NCBI GenBank assembly: GCA_050916045.1
Contig: CP051526.1
Coordinates: 1,184,001 to 1,248,000 of the forward strand
Length of the DNA: 64,000 nt
Source of the DNA: Tepidisphaera sp.
GTDB lineage: Bacteria > Planctomycetota > Phycisphaerae > Phycisphaerales > UBA1924
Direction of reading: 5' to 3'
Both the position numbers and the translations under genes were made by a program. Shown here piece after piece: positions 31,884 to 41,661 of the stretch; position 1 is the first letter of the stretch, and every line of letters begins with the position of its first letter. Under the pieces are notes generated by a model. The model was not told the origin of the DNA and did not search any database. It was given only the letters and a program-made list of their open reading frames with translations.

Positions 31884-32047
31884 GAAGTTCCCTTGCACGA
31901 AGAAGTCGCCTGTGCTCGGAACACATGATGAACAGGGGCGGCAGATGAGGATAGCCGTACGACCAACTCGTATGCGCGACACAAAATTGTGCTTTCCAAC
32001 CAAAGCCCTGGTTCGCCGATGCCGTCAATCCGCCCGGGACTGGCCGC

Positions 32048-33145
32048 TCAGCTCACATTCATCACAACCTTGATCCCCTCGCCGGAGATCATGGTCTCGT
32101 GGGCTTTCTCGAACTGCTCAAGCGGGAACTCGTGCGTGACGATCTCCTCGAGCTCGAGCTTGCCGCTGAGGAGAAGCTCTTCCATCTGGTACCACGTCTC
32201 GAACATCTTGCGGCCGTTGATGCCCAGGACGGTCGCGCCCTTGAAGACGACGTGCTCGGTGATGTTCCAGGTGATGGGCTTGCTGGGGATCCCCAGGATC
32301 GCGGCGACGCCGCCGTTGCGCATCGCGCGGAAGCCCTCATCGAAGGCGGACGGAGCCCCGCTCATCTCAAGCAGAGCATCCACGCCCTCGCCGCGGGTGG
32401 CTTTCTTGATCTCGTCGATGTAGCCCTTGCCCTGGCGGACATCGAACGCTTCGACCGCGCCGAGCTTTTTGGCGAGCTTGAGGCGTTCGGGGTTGACGTC
32501 GGTGGCGAAGATGCGGCCCGCGCCGGCGGCTTTCGCGACGGTGACGGCCATGAGGCCGATGATGCCGACGCCGCTGATGAGCACGCTCTTGGCCGAGACG
32601 TTGGCGGCCATCACGGTGTGCACGGCGTTACCCAGGGGGTCCAGCACCGCCGCGAACTTGTCGGGGATCGACGCGTGCACCGGCCAGACGTTTTCTTCGG
32701 GGACGACGACGTACTCGGCGAAGCAGCCGTCGCGGTCGATGCCGACGATGCGGGTGTCGCTTGCGATGTGAGCGTTGCCGGTGCGGGCGTTGTAGTCGGC
32801 CCACGCGGTGATGTGCCCTTCGGCCGAGACGCGGAGGCCGGGCTTGTACTTGGTGACGGCGGAGCCGACGGCTTCGATCACGCCGACGAACTCGTGGCCC
32901 GTGACGATGCCGACGGGGATGCGGCCGGCGGACCAGGCGTCCCACTCCCAGATGTGGCGATCGGTGCCGCAGATGCCGACCTTCTTGACGCGGATGAGGA
33001 CATCGCGAGGGCCGACGGAGGGCTTGGGACGGGCCGGGTCAAACTTGAGGCCCACGCCGGCGTGGTGCTTGTACAGCGCCCGCATCGTGCCCGAGCCCGG
33101 AGTGAGGTTCAGGGGGCCGGTTCCCGTTCGAACTGCCGTCGTCAT
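32048..33145 (-). CDS. tdh: L-threonine 3-dehydrogenase-like Zn-dependent MDR
   Basis: GICGTDRHIWEWD, GHEFVG, DPLGNAVHT, LEMSG, GINGRKMFETWYQM. Confidence 0.88.
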   Translation of the reverse strand: MTTAVRTGTGPLNLTPGSGTMRALYKHHAGVGLKFDPARPKPSVGPRDVLIRVKKVGICGTDRHIWEWDAWSAGRIPVGIVTGHEFVGVIEAVGSAVTKYKPGLRVSAEGHITAWADYNARTGNAHIASDTRIVGIDRDGCFAEYVVVPEENVWPVHASIPDKFAAVLDPLGNAVHTVMAANVSAKSVLISGVGIIGLMAVTVAKAAGAGRIFATDVNPERLKLAKKLGAVEAFDVRQGKGYIDEIKKATRGEGVDALLEMSGAPSAFDEGFRAMRNGGVAAILGIPSKPITWNITEHVVFKGATVLGINGRKMFETWYQMEELLLSGKLELEEIVTHEFPLEQFEKAHETMISGEGIKVVMNVS

Positions 33146-33391
33146 GGAGATCCTCGTTGGGTCAGTCGGCGGCATTCGGATCGCCGAAGGGGTGGTGGGT
33201 TATCCGTCATGCCGACGGCTGAACGGAGTCTAGGTTCGAGCGGTCCGGAGATCGGCCCCGGCCAACTCCAAAAAAGTGAACCCGGCGGTCCCGGCTTGCG
33301 ATAGAACAAGGCGGGTCCGAAGGTCGGCTCCGCGGAGTGGCGGGGGCCCGGACAAGCCGGTAGCCGCCGCCTTGATCGGGTACAGTTCACC

Positions 33392-34639
33392 ATGAGTCGA
33401 GCCACCGCCAGTACGGGGAATGTTCAGGGGACCAAGGTCCTCGGGACGCGGCCGTACTTCTACGAAGCCGCCAAGCCCGGCGGCGGACGGACCCTCGGCC
33501 TTCTCCGGGCCCGCGACCAGCGAGACCTCTCGGCCCAGCTTCGCGGTCAGAAACTTGTCCCTCTCCGGTCCTGGGCTTTGCCCGCCCTCGGCGGCATCGG
33601 CGAAGCCCGCCCGGTCTCGATGAAGGATCAAGCCGAGCTACACACCCAGCTTGCCCAGCTTCTGACGCGTGGCGTGCCCTTGGTCGAAGCTCTTGAGGTC
33701 TGCGAGTCGGCCGTCTCGGCCGGGATGAAGCCGCGTGTCGCCAAGATGCGCGAACTCGTGGCGGCGGGAAGCAGCTTCTCGGACAGCCTGACGGGTGTCG
33801 GCGGCTTCGACGGCGTGACCATCTCCGTCTACCGCGCGGCCGAGCGCACCGGCGATCTCGGCGGCGCGGCCAAGCAGCTTTCCGCGACGGTGCGGCGTCA
33901 GGTCGCCATCCGCGGCAAAGCCCTCACGCTGATGCTCTACCCGATGATCGTCTTGACGATCAGCTTGGTCGTCTCGGTGGGCATGATGACGCTTGTGGTC
34001 CCCCGCATCATCGAATCGCTCAAGCAGTCGATGAGCGAGATGCCGTGGTTCAGCGAGTTGGTCTACCAAGTCGGCGTGACGCTCCGCGACAACTTCATGT
34101 GGTTCGCGGGCGGCCTCGCGCTGCTCGTGGTCGGTGTCGTGGTCTTCCGCGGCGCGGTCGCGGCGGGGATCGGCCGTGTGATGCGGACGCTCCCGTTCAT
34201 GAAGGATGTCGTGATGGCGCAGGAGTGCGCCCGGTTCTTCACCGTGATGTCGGCGATGACCAAGACGGGCGTGGTACTCGCGGATGCGCTCTCGGTAGCC
34301 GAGGGTGCCGTGTCGCACCCGCAGCTTCGCCGTGAACTCACCCGGCTCCGGACGCGCCTCATCGAGGGCGGCGTGCTTCGCGTGCTGATCGACGAGGTCA
34401 AGACGCTCCCGCTTCCAAGCCGCCGCCTGCTGATCGCGGCCGAGCGATCCGGCGACCTTCAGCAAGCCTTCGACACCCTCGCGGCGGACATGGCCGATGA
34501 GGTCGACAAGCAGTCCCAGCGGCTCCTGGCCGTCCTCGAGCCCGCGATGATCGTCCTGATGTTCCTCATGATCGGCTCACTGGTGATGTCGATCATGGTC
34601 CCGCTGATTTCGCTCACAAGCCGCGTCCAGGGTGTGTAA
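33392..34639 (+). CDS. gspF: Type II secretion/type IV pilus inner-membrane platform protein (GspF/PilC)
   Basis: QLAQLLTRGVPLVEAL, AERTGDL, LMLYP, AERSGDL, LEPAMIV. Confidence 0.9.
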   Translation: MSRATASTGNVQGTKVLGTRPYFYEAAKPGGGRTLGLLRARDQRDLSAQLRGQKLVPLRSWALPALGGIGEARPVSMKDQAELHTQLAQLLTRGVPLVEALEVCESAVSAGMKPRVAKMRELVAAGSSFSDSLTGVGGFDGVTISVYRAAERTGDLGGAAKQLSATVRRQVAIRGKALTLMLYPMIVLTISLVVSVGMMTLVVPRIIESLKQSMSEMPWFSELVYQVGVTLRDNFMWFAGGLALLVVGVVVFRGAVAAGIGRVMRTLPFMKDVVMAQECARFFTVMSAMTKTGVVLADALSVAEGAVSHPQLRRELTRLRTRLIEGGVLRVLIDEVKTLPLPSRRLLIAAERSGDLQQAFDTLAADMADEVDKQSQRLLAVLEPAMIVLMFLMIGSLVMSIMVPLISLTSRVQGV

Positions 34640-34666
34640 ACGCCCGAACGCTTCGGAGAATCGGTC

Positions 34667-35074
34667 ATGAATCGTCGGAAACTCAATCACGCTTCCCGCG
34701 CCTTCTCGATGCTCGAACTCACCTTCGTGCTCGTCGTCATCGGCGTCCTCCTCGCCGTCGCCGCTTTCAACTTCGGCACCTTCACCGAGAAAGCCAAGAT
34801 CAAAGCGACCAAAGCCACCATGTCCATCATCAAGCAGTCCATCCAGATGTACAACGGTGAGAACTCCGCCTATCCCACCGCCCTCCAGGCCCTCGTCCCC
34901 GGCTACATCGATCCGAACAAGCCGCTCGTCGACGGCTGGAACCGCCCGTTCTACTACGAGCCCAACCCCACCGACCCCAACCGGCCGTATAGCCTGCGCT
35001 CCAACGGCACCGACGGCATCTCCGGCTCCGCCGACGACATCGACGTCTGGACCATGAACAACCCGGGTCAGTGA
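34667..35074 (+). CDS. gspG: Major pseudopilin
   Basis: RAFSMLEL prepilin motif; YPTALQALV, DGWNRPFYY, LRSNGTDG...DDI. Confidence 0.85.
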   Translation: MNRRKLNHASRAFSMLELTFVLVVIGVLLAVAAFNFGTFTEKAKIKATKATMSIIKQSIQMYNGENSAYPTALQALVPGYIDPNKPLVDGWNRPFYYEPNPTDPNRPYSLRSNGTDGISGSADDIDVWTMNNPGQ

Positions 35075-35087
35075 TCCGGTCCTCCGC

Positions 35088-35729
35088 TTGAAGACTCGCA
35101 GCATCAAAGCACCAACCGTGACACGCCGGCCCCTCCATCTCGCCCGCCCCGGCCTCTCGATGCTCGAGGTGGTCTTCGCGATGGCTCTGCTCGGCGTCGT
35201 CATCATGGCCACGATGAGCGTGCTCTCCTTCGTCCACGGCAGCCAGGTCCGCGAGCAGCGCAACCTCGCCGCCGCCGAGCTCGCCAACCGCCTCATCCTG
35301 ATGTACATCGACGACCCCAACTCGCCGTGGCAGGAGGGTGACACCATCACCTGGTCCACCGGCGAAGCCTACCGCTGGGAGCTCATCCGAAGCGACGTCA
35401 AGATCGATTCTGCGACACAGCCGCCCACCGAGATGAACACAAGCCAGGGGTTCGGGCTCGAACGGATCCACCTGATCCGCGCCCGCGTCTGGCTTGACGA
35501 GCAGTTTGGCGGCTCCCGCGAGTTCGACGAATCTTCGCCCAACGCCGAGATCTCCCGCCTGATGGACCCGATCTCGAACATGACGCGGCCCGACACGGGC
35601 AAGAGCATGTACGAGAAGTACCGCGGCTCGATGTCCGACTACCTGCGTTCGGGCCGGATGTCGGGCTGGCGCGGCCGCGAGGGGATCAGTGGTGGGGGCG
35701 GCGGTCGTTCTTCGGGGGGCGCGAAATGA
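35088..35729 (+). CDS. Minor pseudopilin (GspI-like)
   Basis: PGLSMLEVV prepilin-like motif; position after gspG; alternative start GTG 35118. Confidence 0.65.
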   Translation: MKTRSIKAPTVTRRPLHLARPGLSMLEVVFAMALLGVVIMATMSVLSFVHGSQVREQRNLAAAELANRLILMYIDDPNSPWQEGDTITWSTGEAYRWELIRSDVKIDSATQPPTEMNTSQGFGLERIHLIRARVWLDEQFGGSREFDESSPNAEISRLMDPISNMTRPDTGKSMYEKYRGSMSDYLRSGRMSGWRGREGISGGGGGRSSGGAK

Positions 35730-36805
35730 ACCCTCGCATCCGGCTGCGCCGCGGCTTCACGCTGATCGAGCTCACGCTTTCGACCGCGATCGCCGCGGTG
35801 GTCATCGGTGCTTCGCTGGCGATGTTCAACGCCGTGGACCGCGCCGACCGCAAGCTCGCCGGCCGGTACGACCGCGCTGCCGACATCGAGCGCACCCGCC
35901 GCGCCTTCCAGAACGCGTTCGCTTCGATCGCCACCTCCGAACGTCCCCGCCCGCGCACTCAGAACCCCGACGGTGGTCCCGCTTCCGGCCTTCCCGGCGC
36001 GGGCTCGCAGCCGCGTGTGGACCCCAAAGCCGGGCTGAACTCCGAGGGCGCGGCCGAGCAGCCTTCGGGCGATTCCGTACCCCCCCCGCCCCCGCCGCGG
36101 GTCACGCTCGCGCCCGATACCGGCCCGGACTCGGACCCCTTCCTCTCGGCCGCCGGCATCCAACGCCTTGAGATGGTCTTGACGACCTCGCCGGTCCCCG
36201 TCTTCAAGCGCGAAGGCTCGGACGAAGCCCGCGTTGCCGCCGCCGAAGCCGAAGCCGAGGACAACCGCGTCGACCCCAGCGCCTCCGGCGGCGCCCGCGC
36301 CGTCCGCGGCGCGTTCGTTCTCCGGCCTCAGCAGTCCCGCCCCGGCCCCGACCTCCGCGCCGACCTCGCCGATCGCCCGCTCATGGAGCTTTGGTGGCAG
36401 CCCTTGCCGCCGGCGCAGGAAGACCCGGACGCCGAGCCGCTCCCGATGTCGCTTTCCGCCGGCTACCCCACGATGCTGACCTCCGACGTGCTTCGCTGCA
36501 CGTGGCGGATGTACCGCGAAGGGCAGTGGACCGAGCAGCACGCCGCGACCTGGCGCGATGAACTCCCCGCGTACGTCGAGGTGCAGATGGACTTCGCCAA
36601 CGGCCAGTCCACCAAGTGGCTCATGGAGATCGATAGCGTCTCGATGGCGGAGGTCACCCTGAACGAAGAGGGCGCCGAAGCCGCGTCCGGGGCGGCGGGA
36701 AGCGGCGGCCGAAACTCGGGCCGCGACTCCGGCCGCAACACCGGCGGCACACGCTCGGGCGGATCTGGGAGCGTCGCCGGCCCCAAGAGGCAGTTCCGCG
36801 AATGA
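35726..36805 (+). CDS. Minor pseudopilin (GspJ-like)
   Basis: RRGFTLIEL; C-terminal W...LPAYVEV typical of GspJ; ATGA overlaps at both ends. Confidence 0.75.
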   Translation: MNPRIRLRRGFTLIELTLSTAIAAVVIGASLAMFNAVDRADRKLAGRYDRAADIERTRRAFQNAFASIATSERPRPRTQNPDGGPASGLPGAGSQPRVDPKAGLNSEGAAEQPSGDSVPPPPPPRVTLAPDTGPDSDPFLSAAGIQRLEMVLTTSPVPVFKREGSDEARVAAAEAEAEDNRVDPSASGGARAVRGAFVLRPQQSRPGPDLRADLADRPLMELWWQPLPPAQEDPDAEPLPMSLSAGYPTMLTSDVLRCTWRMYREGQWTEQHAATWRDELPAYVEVQMDFANGQSTKWLMEIDSVSMAEVTLNEEGAEAASGAAGSGGRNSGRDSGRNTGGTRSGGSGSVAGPKRQFRE

Positions 36806-37626
36806 AACGCCGCGCGTTCATCATGCCCCTCGTCCTGATGCTCACCATGGTGCTCACGCTCACCGCGGCGTTCGTCCTCCAGCGCCAGGGGTCGCAGTCG
36901 ATGATCCAGCGCCGCCATATGGCGCAGTACGAGTCGCACCACACCACCCGCGGCGTCGCCGACGTCATCGAAGCCTGGCTCACCGGCGGCGGCCGGTACA
37001 AGTCCTTCCGCGACCGCATCGACGGCGACGGCAAGATCCTCGACATCACCGTGCCCGACGGCCTCTCCGTCAAGAGCCAGGGGTCCGATGTCCTCCGCAT
37101 CTCCGTCAAGGACGCTCAGGGCACCCTCCTGTCGGACTTCTCCGGCCTCACCGGCCAGTCGTTCCTGGACTCCAAAGCCGCTCTCGACGCTCTCAAGGAA
37201 GAAGCCCCGACCAACTGGCGGTCTTTCACGCGGACCCTCGGCCCCACGCAGGTCAGCCTCGCCGAAGCCAAACGCGAGGTGCTCTCCGCCATCGTCCAGG
37301 GCATCACCGGCTCCATCCACGACGGCCAGGAGTTCGTCCGAAGCGTGATGCAGCTGCGTGAACAGGGCCCCATTGACGCCCAGATGCTCAATCAGGCGGT
37401 GATCGACGCGGGCCTTCCCCCCGAGCAACAGGCCCAGCTGAACCGGATGATCACCTCCGAAACGACGTTCTGGACCCTCCGGGTCGACGTGCTCCGGAAC
37501 GGATCGCTCCTCGTGGGCCGGTACGAGGGGTATCTTCTGACGACCGGCCCGTCGCGGAGCGCGGGCCAGCAGGGCCAGAACCGCCGCGGCCACGTGATGA
37601 ATCTGAAATGGGTGCCCCCGGCGTAA
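36802..37626 (+). CDS. Minor pseudopilin (GspK-like)
   Basis: KRRAFIMPLVL lacking E5, as in GspK; VSLAEAKREVL helix; position after J. Confidence 0.6.
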   Translation: MKRRAFIMPLVLMLTMVLTLTAAFVLQRQGSQSMIQRRHMAQYESHHTTRGVADVIEAWLTGGGRYKSFRDRIDGDGKILDITVPDGLSVKSQGSDVLRISVKDAQGTLLSDFSGLTGQSFLDSKAALDALKEEAPTNWRSFTRTLGPTQVSLAEAKREVLSAIVQGITGSIHDGQEFVRSVMQLREQGPIDAQMLNQAVIDAGLPPEQQAQLNRMITSETTFWTLRVDVLRNGSLLVGRYEGYLLTTGPSRSAGQQGQNRRGHVMNLKWVPPA

Positions 37627-37704
37627 ACTCACGCCGCTTCGATCTCGTATCATGGTTGTGCTGGTCGCTTGCGGGCGCGTCGCCCGTGCGAAGGATCCAA
37701 GGTC

Positions 37705-38568
37705 ATGTTGTTCCGAACCCTCAATCGCGCCAACGCTGCAACCTACTCGCTGATCGCGATGGCGCCCCTCGCCCTCGGCATCGGCGCGGCGATCTGGGTG
37801 CTCCAGAGCGAGCCGGTCAACTACGTGGGTCTGGTCGAGAACGCCACCAAGCCCTACCAGTCCCCCGCGCCGGTCAATCCTCCCCCGGTCAAGCCCTCCG
37901 ATGAGCCCGAAGAAGCCCAGGCACGCGGCTCGGTCATCGCCGCGAGGTTTGATTCGATCAAGAACCGCCCCGTGCCCATCGAGCCCGAGCACGTAGACCC
38001 CGGCACGATCGAAACGCCCCCTCCTCCGACCGAATCCATCGGGGACATCAAGTACGTCGGCCCCGTCCGTCTCGGGCCCGTCATGCTCGCGGTCATGAAC
38101 GTCGAGGGCAGGCAGCAAGCCGTCGGCAAGGGCAAGTCCATCACCTACACCGTCGACTCCGCTCCGCGCACCGCCAAGGTCAAAGCCGTCACCGAGACCG
38201 AGGTCATCCTCGAGGTCAACGGCGCGGAACAGATCATCGCCAAGGGTGACAGCTCCGGCGATGTGCTCACCTGGGTCGGCGGCGCCAAGCCCACCCGCGC
38301 CAAGTCCGTCTCGATGAAGAAGAACTCCGCGCCAAAGAGCGGAGCCCATCCGCTGGACGCCAACGCGTCCTCCGAGTACCTCGCCAAGAAGAACGAAGCT
38401 CTCGCCAGCATGGCTCCCCTCCTGGATCAGATCGCCAAGACCAAGAGCCCGGAGATCGCGGCCAAGCTGAAGGAAAAGATGATCTCCGCAGCCAAAGCCA
38501 AAGGGCTTGATCCTTCCGTGATCGAGGAAGAGGTCGAGCGGATCAAGGAAAGCGGGGGGGAGAAGTAA
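37705..38568 (+). CDS. GspC/PilP-like protein
   Basis: TM anchor, Pro-rich linker, HR-like beta domain (IKYVG...AKVKAVTETEVILEVNG). Confidence 0.5.
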   Translation: MLFRTLNRANAATYSLIAMAPLALGIGAAIWVLQSEPVNYVGLVENATKPYQSPAPVNPPPVKPSDEPEEAQARGSVIAARFDSIKNRPVPIEPEHVDPGTIETPPPPTESIGDIKYVGPVRLGPVMLAVMNVEGRQQAVGKGKSITYTVDSAPRTAKVKAVTETEVILEVNGAEQIIAKGDSSGDVLTWVGGAKPTRAKSVSMKKNSAPKSGAHPLDANASSEYLAKKNEALASMAPLLDQIAKTKSPEIAAKLKEKMISAAKAKGLDPSVIEEEVERIKESGGEK

Positions 38569-40302
38569 GTGGCAGTTCGCGTGTGCTATGTGCAGCGTGG
38601 TGTGAAGGGTGACTCGATCCTCGGGCTCCGCCTCGTCGCGGAACGCTCCGAGGAATCATGGGTCGCTCCTCCCCCTCGAGAGAACGCCCCCCTCACCGCC
38701 GACGTCACCGCCGCGGCAAGCTGGCTTGCGAGCAAGCTCAAGCCCGCCGGTGCCAAGCTCGAGGTCATGTGCCTCGACACCGAAGGGGCTCTCTGCGGCT
38801 GGATGCCCGCCGCCTCCGCCGATCCCGACGTGCTGGGCGTCCTCGCTCGCCAGTTCGGCGAAACCCCCGGCCAGGAAGGGCACGCCCAACGCTCGGCCCT
38901 CGCCGAATCCGCCGCCACCCGCGAGGAAGCGTCCGTCGCTTTGCTCGGGGACCCGCCGGAAGCCAAGGTCGCCGGGCGCGGCAAAGCCGCTTCCGTGAAA
39001 GCCGTTCGCTCCGGCGTGCTCGCCGTCTCAGATGTTCCCGCCCGCTTGCTCGCCGATGCGCTCGATCAGCGCGGCGTAAGCGTCGGGATCGTCACGACGG
39101 TCTGGCACGCGCTGGCTTCCGTCTGGGACCCCTCGGCCCGCCGCGCGCCCGCCGAGAACGCAGCCGAAGAAACGACCTTCCCGACCACGGCGATCATCGC
39201 GGCCGACCCCTCCGGTCGACTGGTCTGGGCGTGGTCCTCCGGCGGCACGCTTCTGGCCGGCGGCTCGATGCGTGTCCCCTCCGAACGTCTCGCGCACGAA
39301 GGCGCCATCGTCGAAGCCGGTCGTACCGGGTCCTTCCCCGGCCGCGACACCGGACCTTCACACCACATCGTCATCGGCACCCGCGAAGCGTCTCGCCTCG
39401 CGACCGAGTGGCTCGCCTGGTCCCTCGAACTTGGCCGCTCACCCGTTCGCATCATCGCCGTCATCCCCGCTGCTCCCGCCGGCAAGGAAGCCGAGTACGA
39501 AGCCGGCCTCGCCGCGTTCGGACAGTCGCTTACCAAGACGCTGCCGGGCGCGACCGTGGACATGGCCGAGGACCGCGACCCCCTCGGCGCGACCCTGACC
39601 AAACTCGCCGAACGCATCGACGACGCCCCGGGCGGCATCGAAGGTGCGCGGCCCCCGGTTGGCTCGATCGCCGGCTTGTCGACCCGCCCGACGAGCGCCC
39701 ACCGCCGGTTCTACATCACCGTTTCGCTCGCGATCGCGTCCCTCGCCGCCGCCGCGGGTGTCTATGCCTACGCCCTGCGGTCCGAAGCCGGGAAAGCACA
39801 GGCGGCCGCGATCAGCGCGATCGATTCCTGGCGACCCCTCGTCCGCGAGATCGACGCCAAGCTGCTCGAGAACGTCGAGACCGTCCCCGATCGCCTCGGC
39901 ACCGAACTGGGCAAGCTTCAGCTTGAGGTCAACGCCCCCAAGCGTTCGCGGAGCGAGATCCGCCCCGTCATGGACGAACTCGCGACGCTCACGATGGTCT
40001 TCGGCGACCCCGAGGTCCACCTGACCGACATCACCATCGACAACGCCGGCGCGACCGTCAAGGTCAACGCGACCCTCGAGCAGGCCACCGCCATCGAGCA
40101 GGCTCTCAAGGAAATCTCCGGTTCGCACCTCACGAACTGGCAGTCAAGCTCCAACCCCGGCCGCGGCGGCGAAGGGTTCGAGTACACCTTCCGTGGTCTC
40201 TGGATCGCGCCCGACGCCAAGCCCGACCCGGCCAAGCCCGCCTCAGCGACACCCAAACCCGCGGCCACCACGCCCGCGGCCGCGCCGGGGAGCAACTCAT
40301 GA
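38569..40302 (+). CDS. GspL/PilM-PilN-like protein
   Basis: Large cytoplasmic N-domain, single TM near residue 385, periplasmic C-domain; position before M-like gene. Confidence 0.5.
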   Translation: MAVRVCYVQRGVKGDSILGLRLVAERSEESWVAPPPRENAPLTADVTAAASWLASKLKPAGAKLEVMCLDTEGALCGWMPAASADPDVLGVLARQFGETPGQEGHAQRSALAESAATREEASVALLGDPPEAKVAGRGKAASVKAVRSGVLAVSDVPARLLADALDQRGVSVGIVTTVWHALASVWDPSARRAPAENAAEETTFPTTAIIAADPSGRLVWAWSSGGTLLAGGSMRVPSERLAHEGAIVEAGRTGSFPGRDTGPSHHIVIGTREASRLATEWLAWSLELGRSPVRIIAVIPAAPAGKEAEYEAGLAAFGQSLTKTLPGATVDMAEDRDPLGATLTKLAERIDDAPGGIEGARPPVGSIAGLSTRPTSAHRRFYITVSLAIASLAAAAGVYAYALRSEAGKAQAAAISAIDSWRPLVREIDAKLLENVETVPDRLGTELGKLQLEVNAPKRSRSEIRPVMDELATLTMVFGDPEVHLTDITIDNAGATVKVNATLEQATAIEQALKEISGSHLTNWQSSSNPGRGGEGFEYTFRGLWIAPDAKPDPAKPASATPKPAATTPAAAPGSNS

Positions 40303-40880
40303 TTCCCTCCGAGCACCAAGCTCTGCTGGAACGGCGCGGCGACCGCGCGGCGATCGCCGCCGCCGCTTCGCGCCGAAACACCCCCGCGGTGCTCCTCGTG
40401 CTGGCTCTCTTCCTGCTGGTCGTGGCGCTCGGCGCGGTCTTCCTGTCGCACGGCGCTCGCGGCCGGGCCGTGCAGCAGGTGCAAGCCCGCGTGGCTCAGG
40501 CTTCGGTCATCCAGGAACGCGGCGGCAAGATCAAGGAACTCCGCCAGCAGCTCAAGAGCGTCCGCGACAGCCGCGCCAACGCGCCGATCCCCGGCATCCC
40601 GCTCAAGCTCCAGCAGATCTGCCCCAATGACCGCTTGCAGGCGGTGCTCGCCAGCTCTCCCGCCCGCGAACAGACCGGCGCGGCCGAGAACGGCAACATC
40701 CCCAAGCGTTTCGTGTACCAGAATCTTCGGCATGACTCCATCGCGGACGTGATGTCGTGGATCGACGCCGCCCGCCGCGAGATCCCCGGGCTTGAGATCG
40801 ACCGACTGCAACTCCGCCCCGGCCCCAACGATTGGACCATCTCCGTCACCTTCATCCGGTGGGAGAAGAAGGAAAACTGA
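40299..40880 (+). CDS. GspM/PilO-like protein
   Basis: Single TM, coiled coil, C-terminal VMSWID...LEIDRLQL...WTISVTF; ATGA overlap. Confidence 0.55.
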   Translation: MIPSEHQALLERRGDRAAIAAAASRRNTPAVLLVLALFLLVVALGAVFLSHGARGRAVQQVQARVAQASVIQERGGKIKELRQQLKSVRDSRANAPIPGIPLKLQQICPNDRLQAVLASSPAREQTGAAENGNIPKRFVYQNLRHDSIADVMSWIDAARREIPGLEIDRLQLRPGPNDWTISVTFIRWEKKEN

Positions 40881-40882
40881 CG

Positions 40883-41644
40883 ATGCTGAGCTTCATGAGC
40901 GCATCCATCTCGTCCCGCCGCGTGCGCACGCTGCTCGCCGGCTTCGTGCTCCTCGCCGCCGCCGGCTGCAACTCCACGCCGCGCTACGACGACGGCACGG
41001 CCCTCGAGGAACGCCGCCAGGAAGCCGTTCGCCTCGCCGCTCGCGGCCGCGAAGCCCAGACCGCCGGCGACCGCAAGCAGGCCATCGAGCTCTACTACCG
41101 CTCGATCGATGCGTTCCCGGAACTCCCCGGTGTTCGCACCAATCTCGGTGTCGCCCTGCTCGAGGAGGGCAACATCCTCGACGCCTCCGACCGCCTGAAG
41201 GAAGAGGTCCAGCTCAACCCCGCCACCGCGCAGGGCGCGCTCATCAACCTGGGCATCATCTACCGCAACGCCGGTCAGCCCACGCCCGCCCGCGACTACT
41301 TCCTCCGTGCGCTCGAGCTGACGCCCAACGACCCGCTCGCCCTCCGCGGCGCGATCGAGACCAGTTCGCTCACCACCTACGACGAGGAGAAGTGTCTCGA
41401 ACTCGTCCGCCGCGGCCTCATGGTCGAACGCGATCCAAAGGTCCTCGAAGATTACAAGTGGCGTCAGCACCGTTTGGAAGCCGCGATCAAGGCCCGGCCC
41501 AAGTACCGCACCGGCGAGGAGCACCTCAAGAGCGGCGCCCGCGACGTGGAGCCCGGCTTGCTCCAGCCCGGCCAGGCCAATCCTCTCGATGAAAAAACGC
41601 CGGAAGCCGAATCGGCCCCGGCGTCTCCTGGCACGCCCAAGTGA
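40883..41644 (+). CDS. TPR lipoprotein (PilF/PilW-like pilotin candidate)
   Basis: AAGC lipobox; TPR motifs NLGVALL, NLGIIY...ALELTPND. Confidence 0.8.
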   Translation: MLSFMSASISSRRVRTLLAGFVLLAAAGCNSTPRYDDGTALEERRQEAVRLAARGREAQTAGDRKQAIELYYRSIDAFPELPGVRTNLGVALLEEGNILDASDRLKEEVQLNPATAQGALINLGIIYRNAGQPTPARDYFLRALELTPNDPLALRGAIETSSLTTYDEEKCLELVRRGLMVERDPKVLEDYKWRQHRLEAAIKARPKYRTGEEHLKSGARDVEPGLLQPGQANPLDEKTPEAESAPASPGTPK

Positions 41645-41661
41645 TGCTTCGGTTGCGTTGA

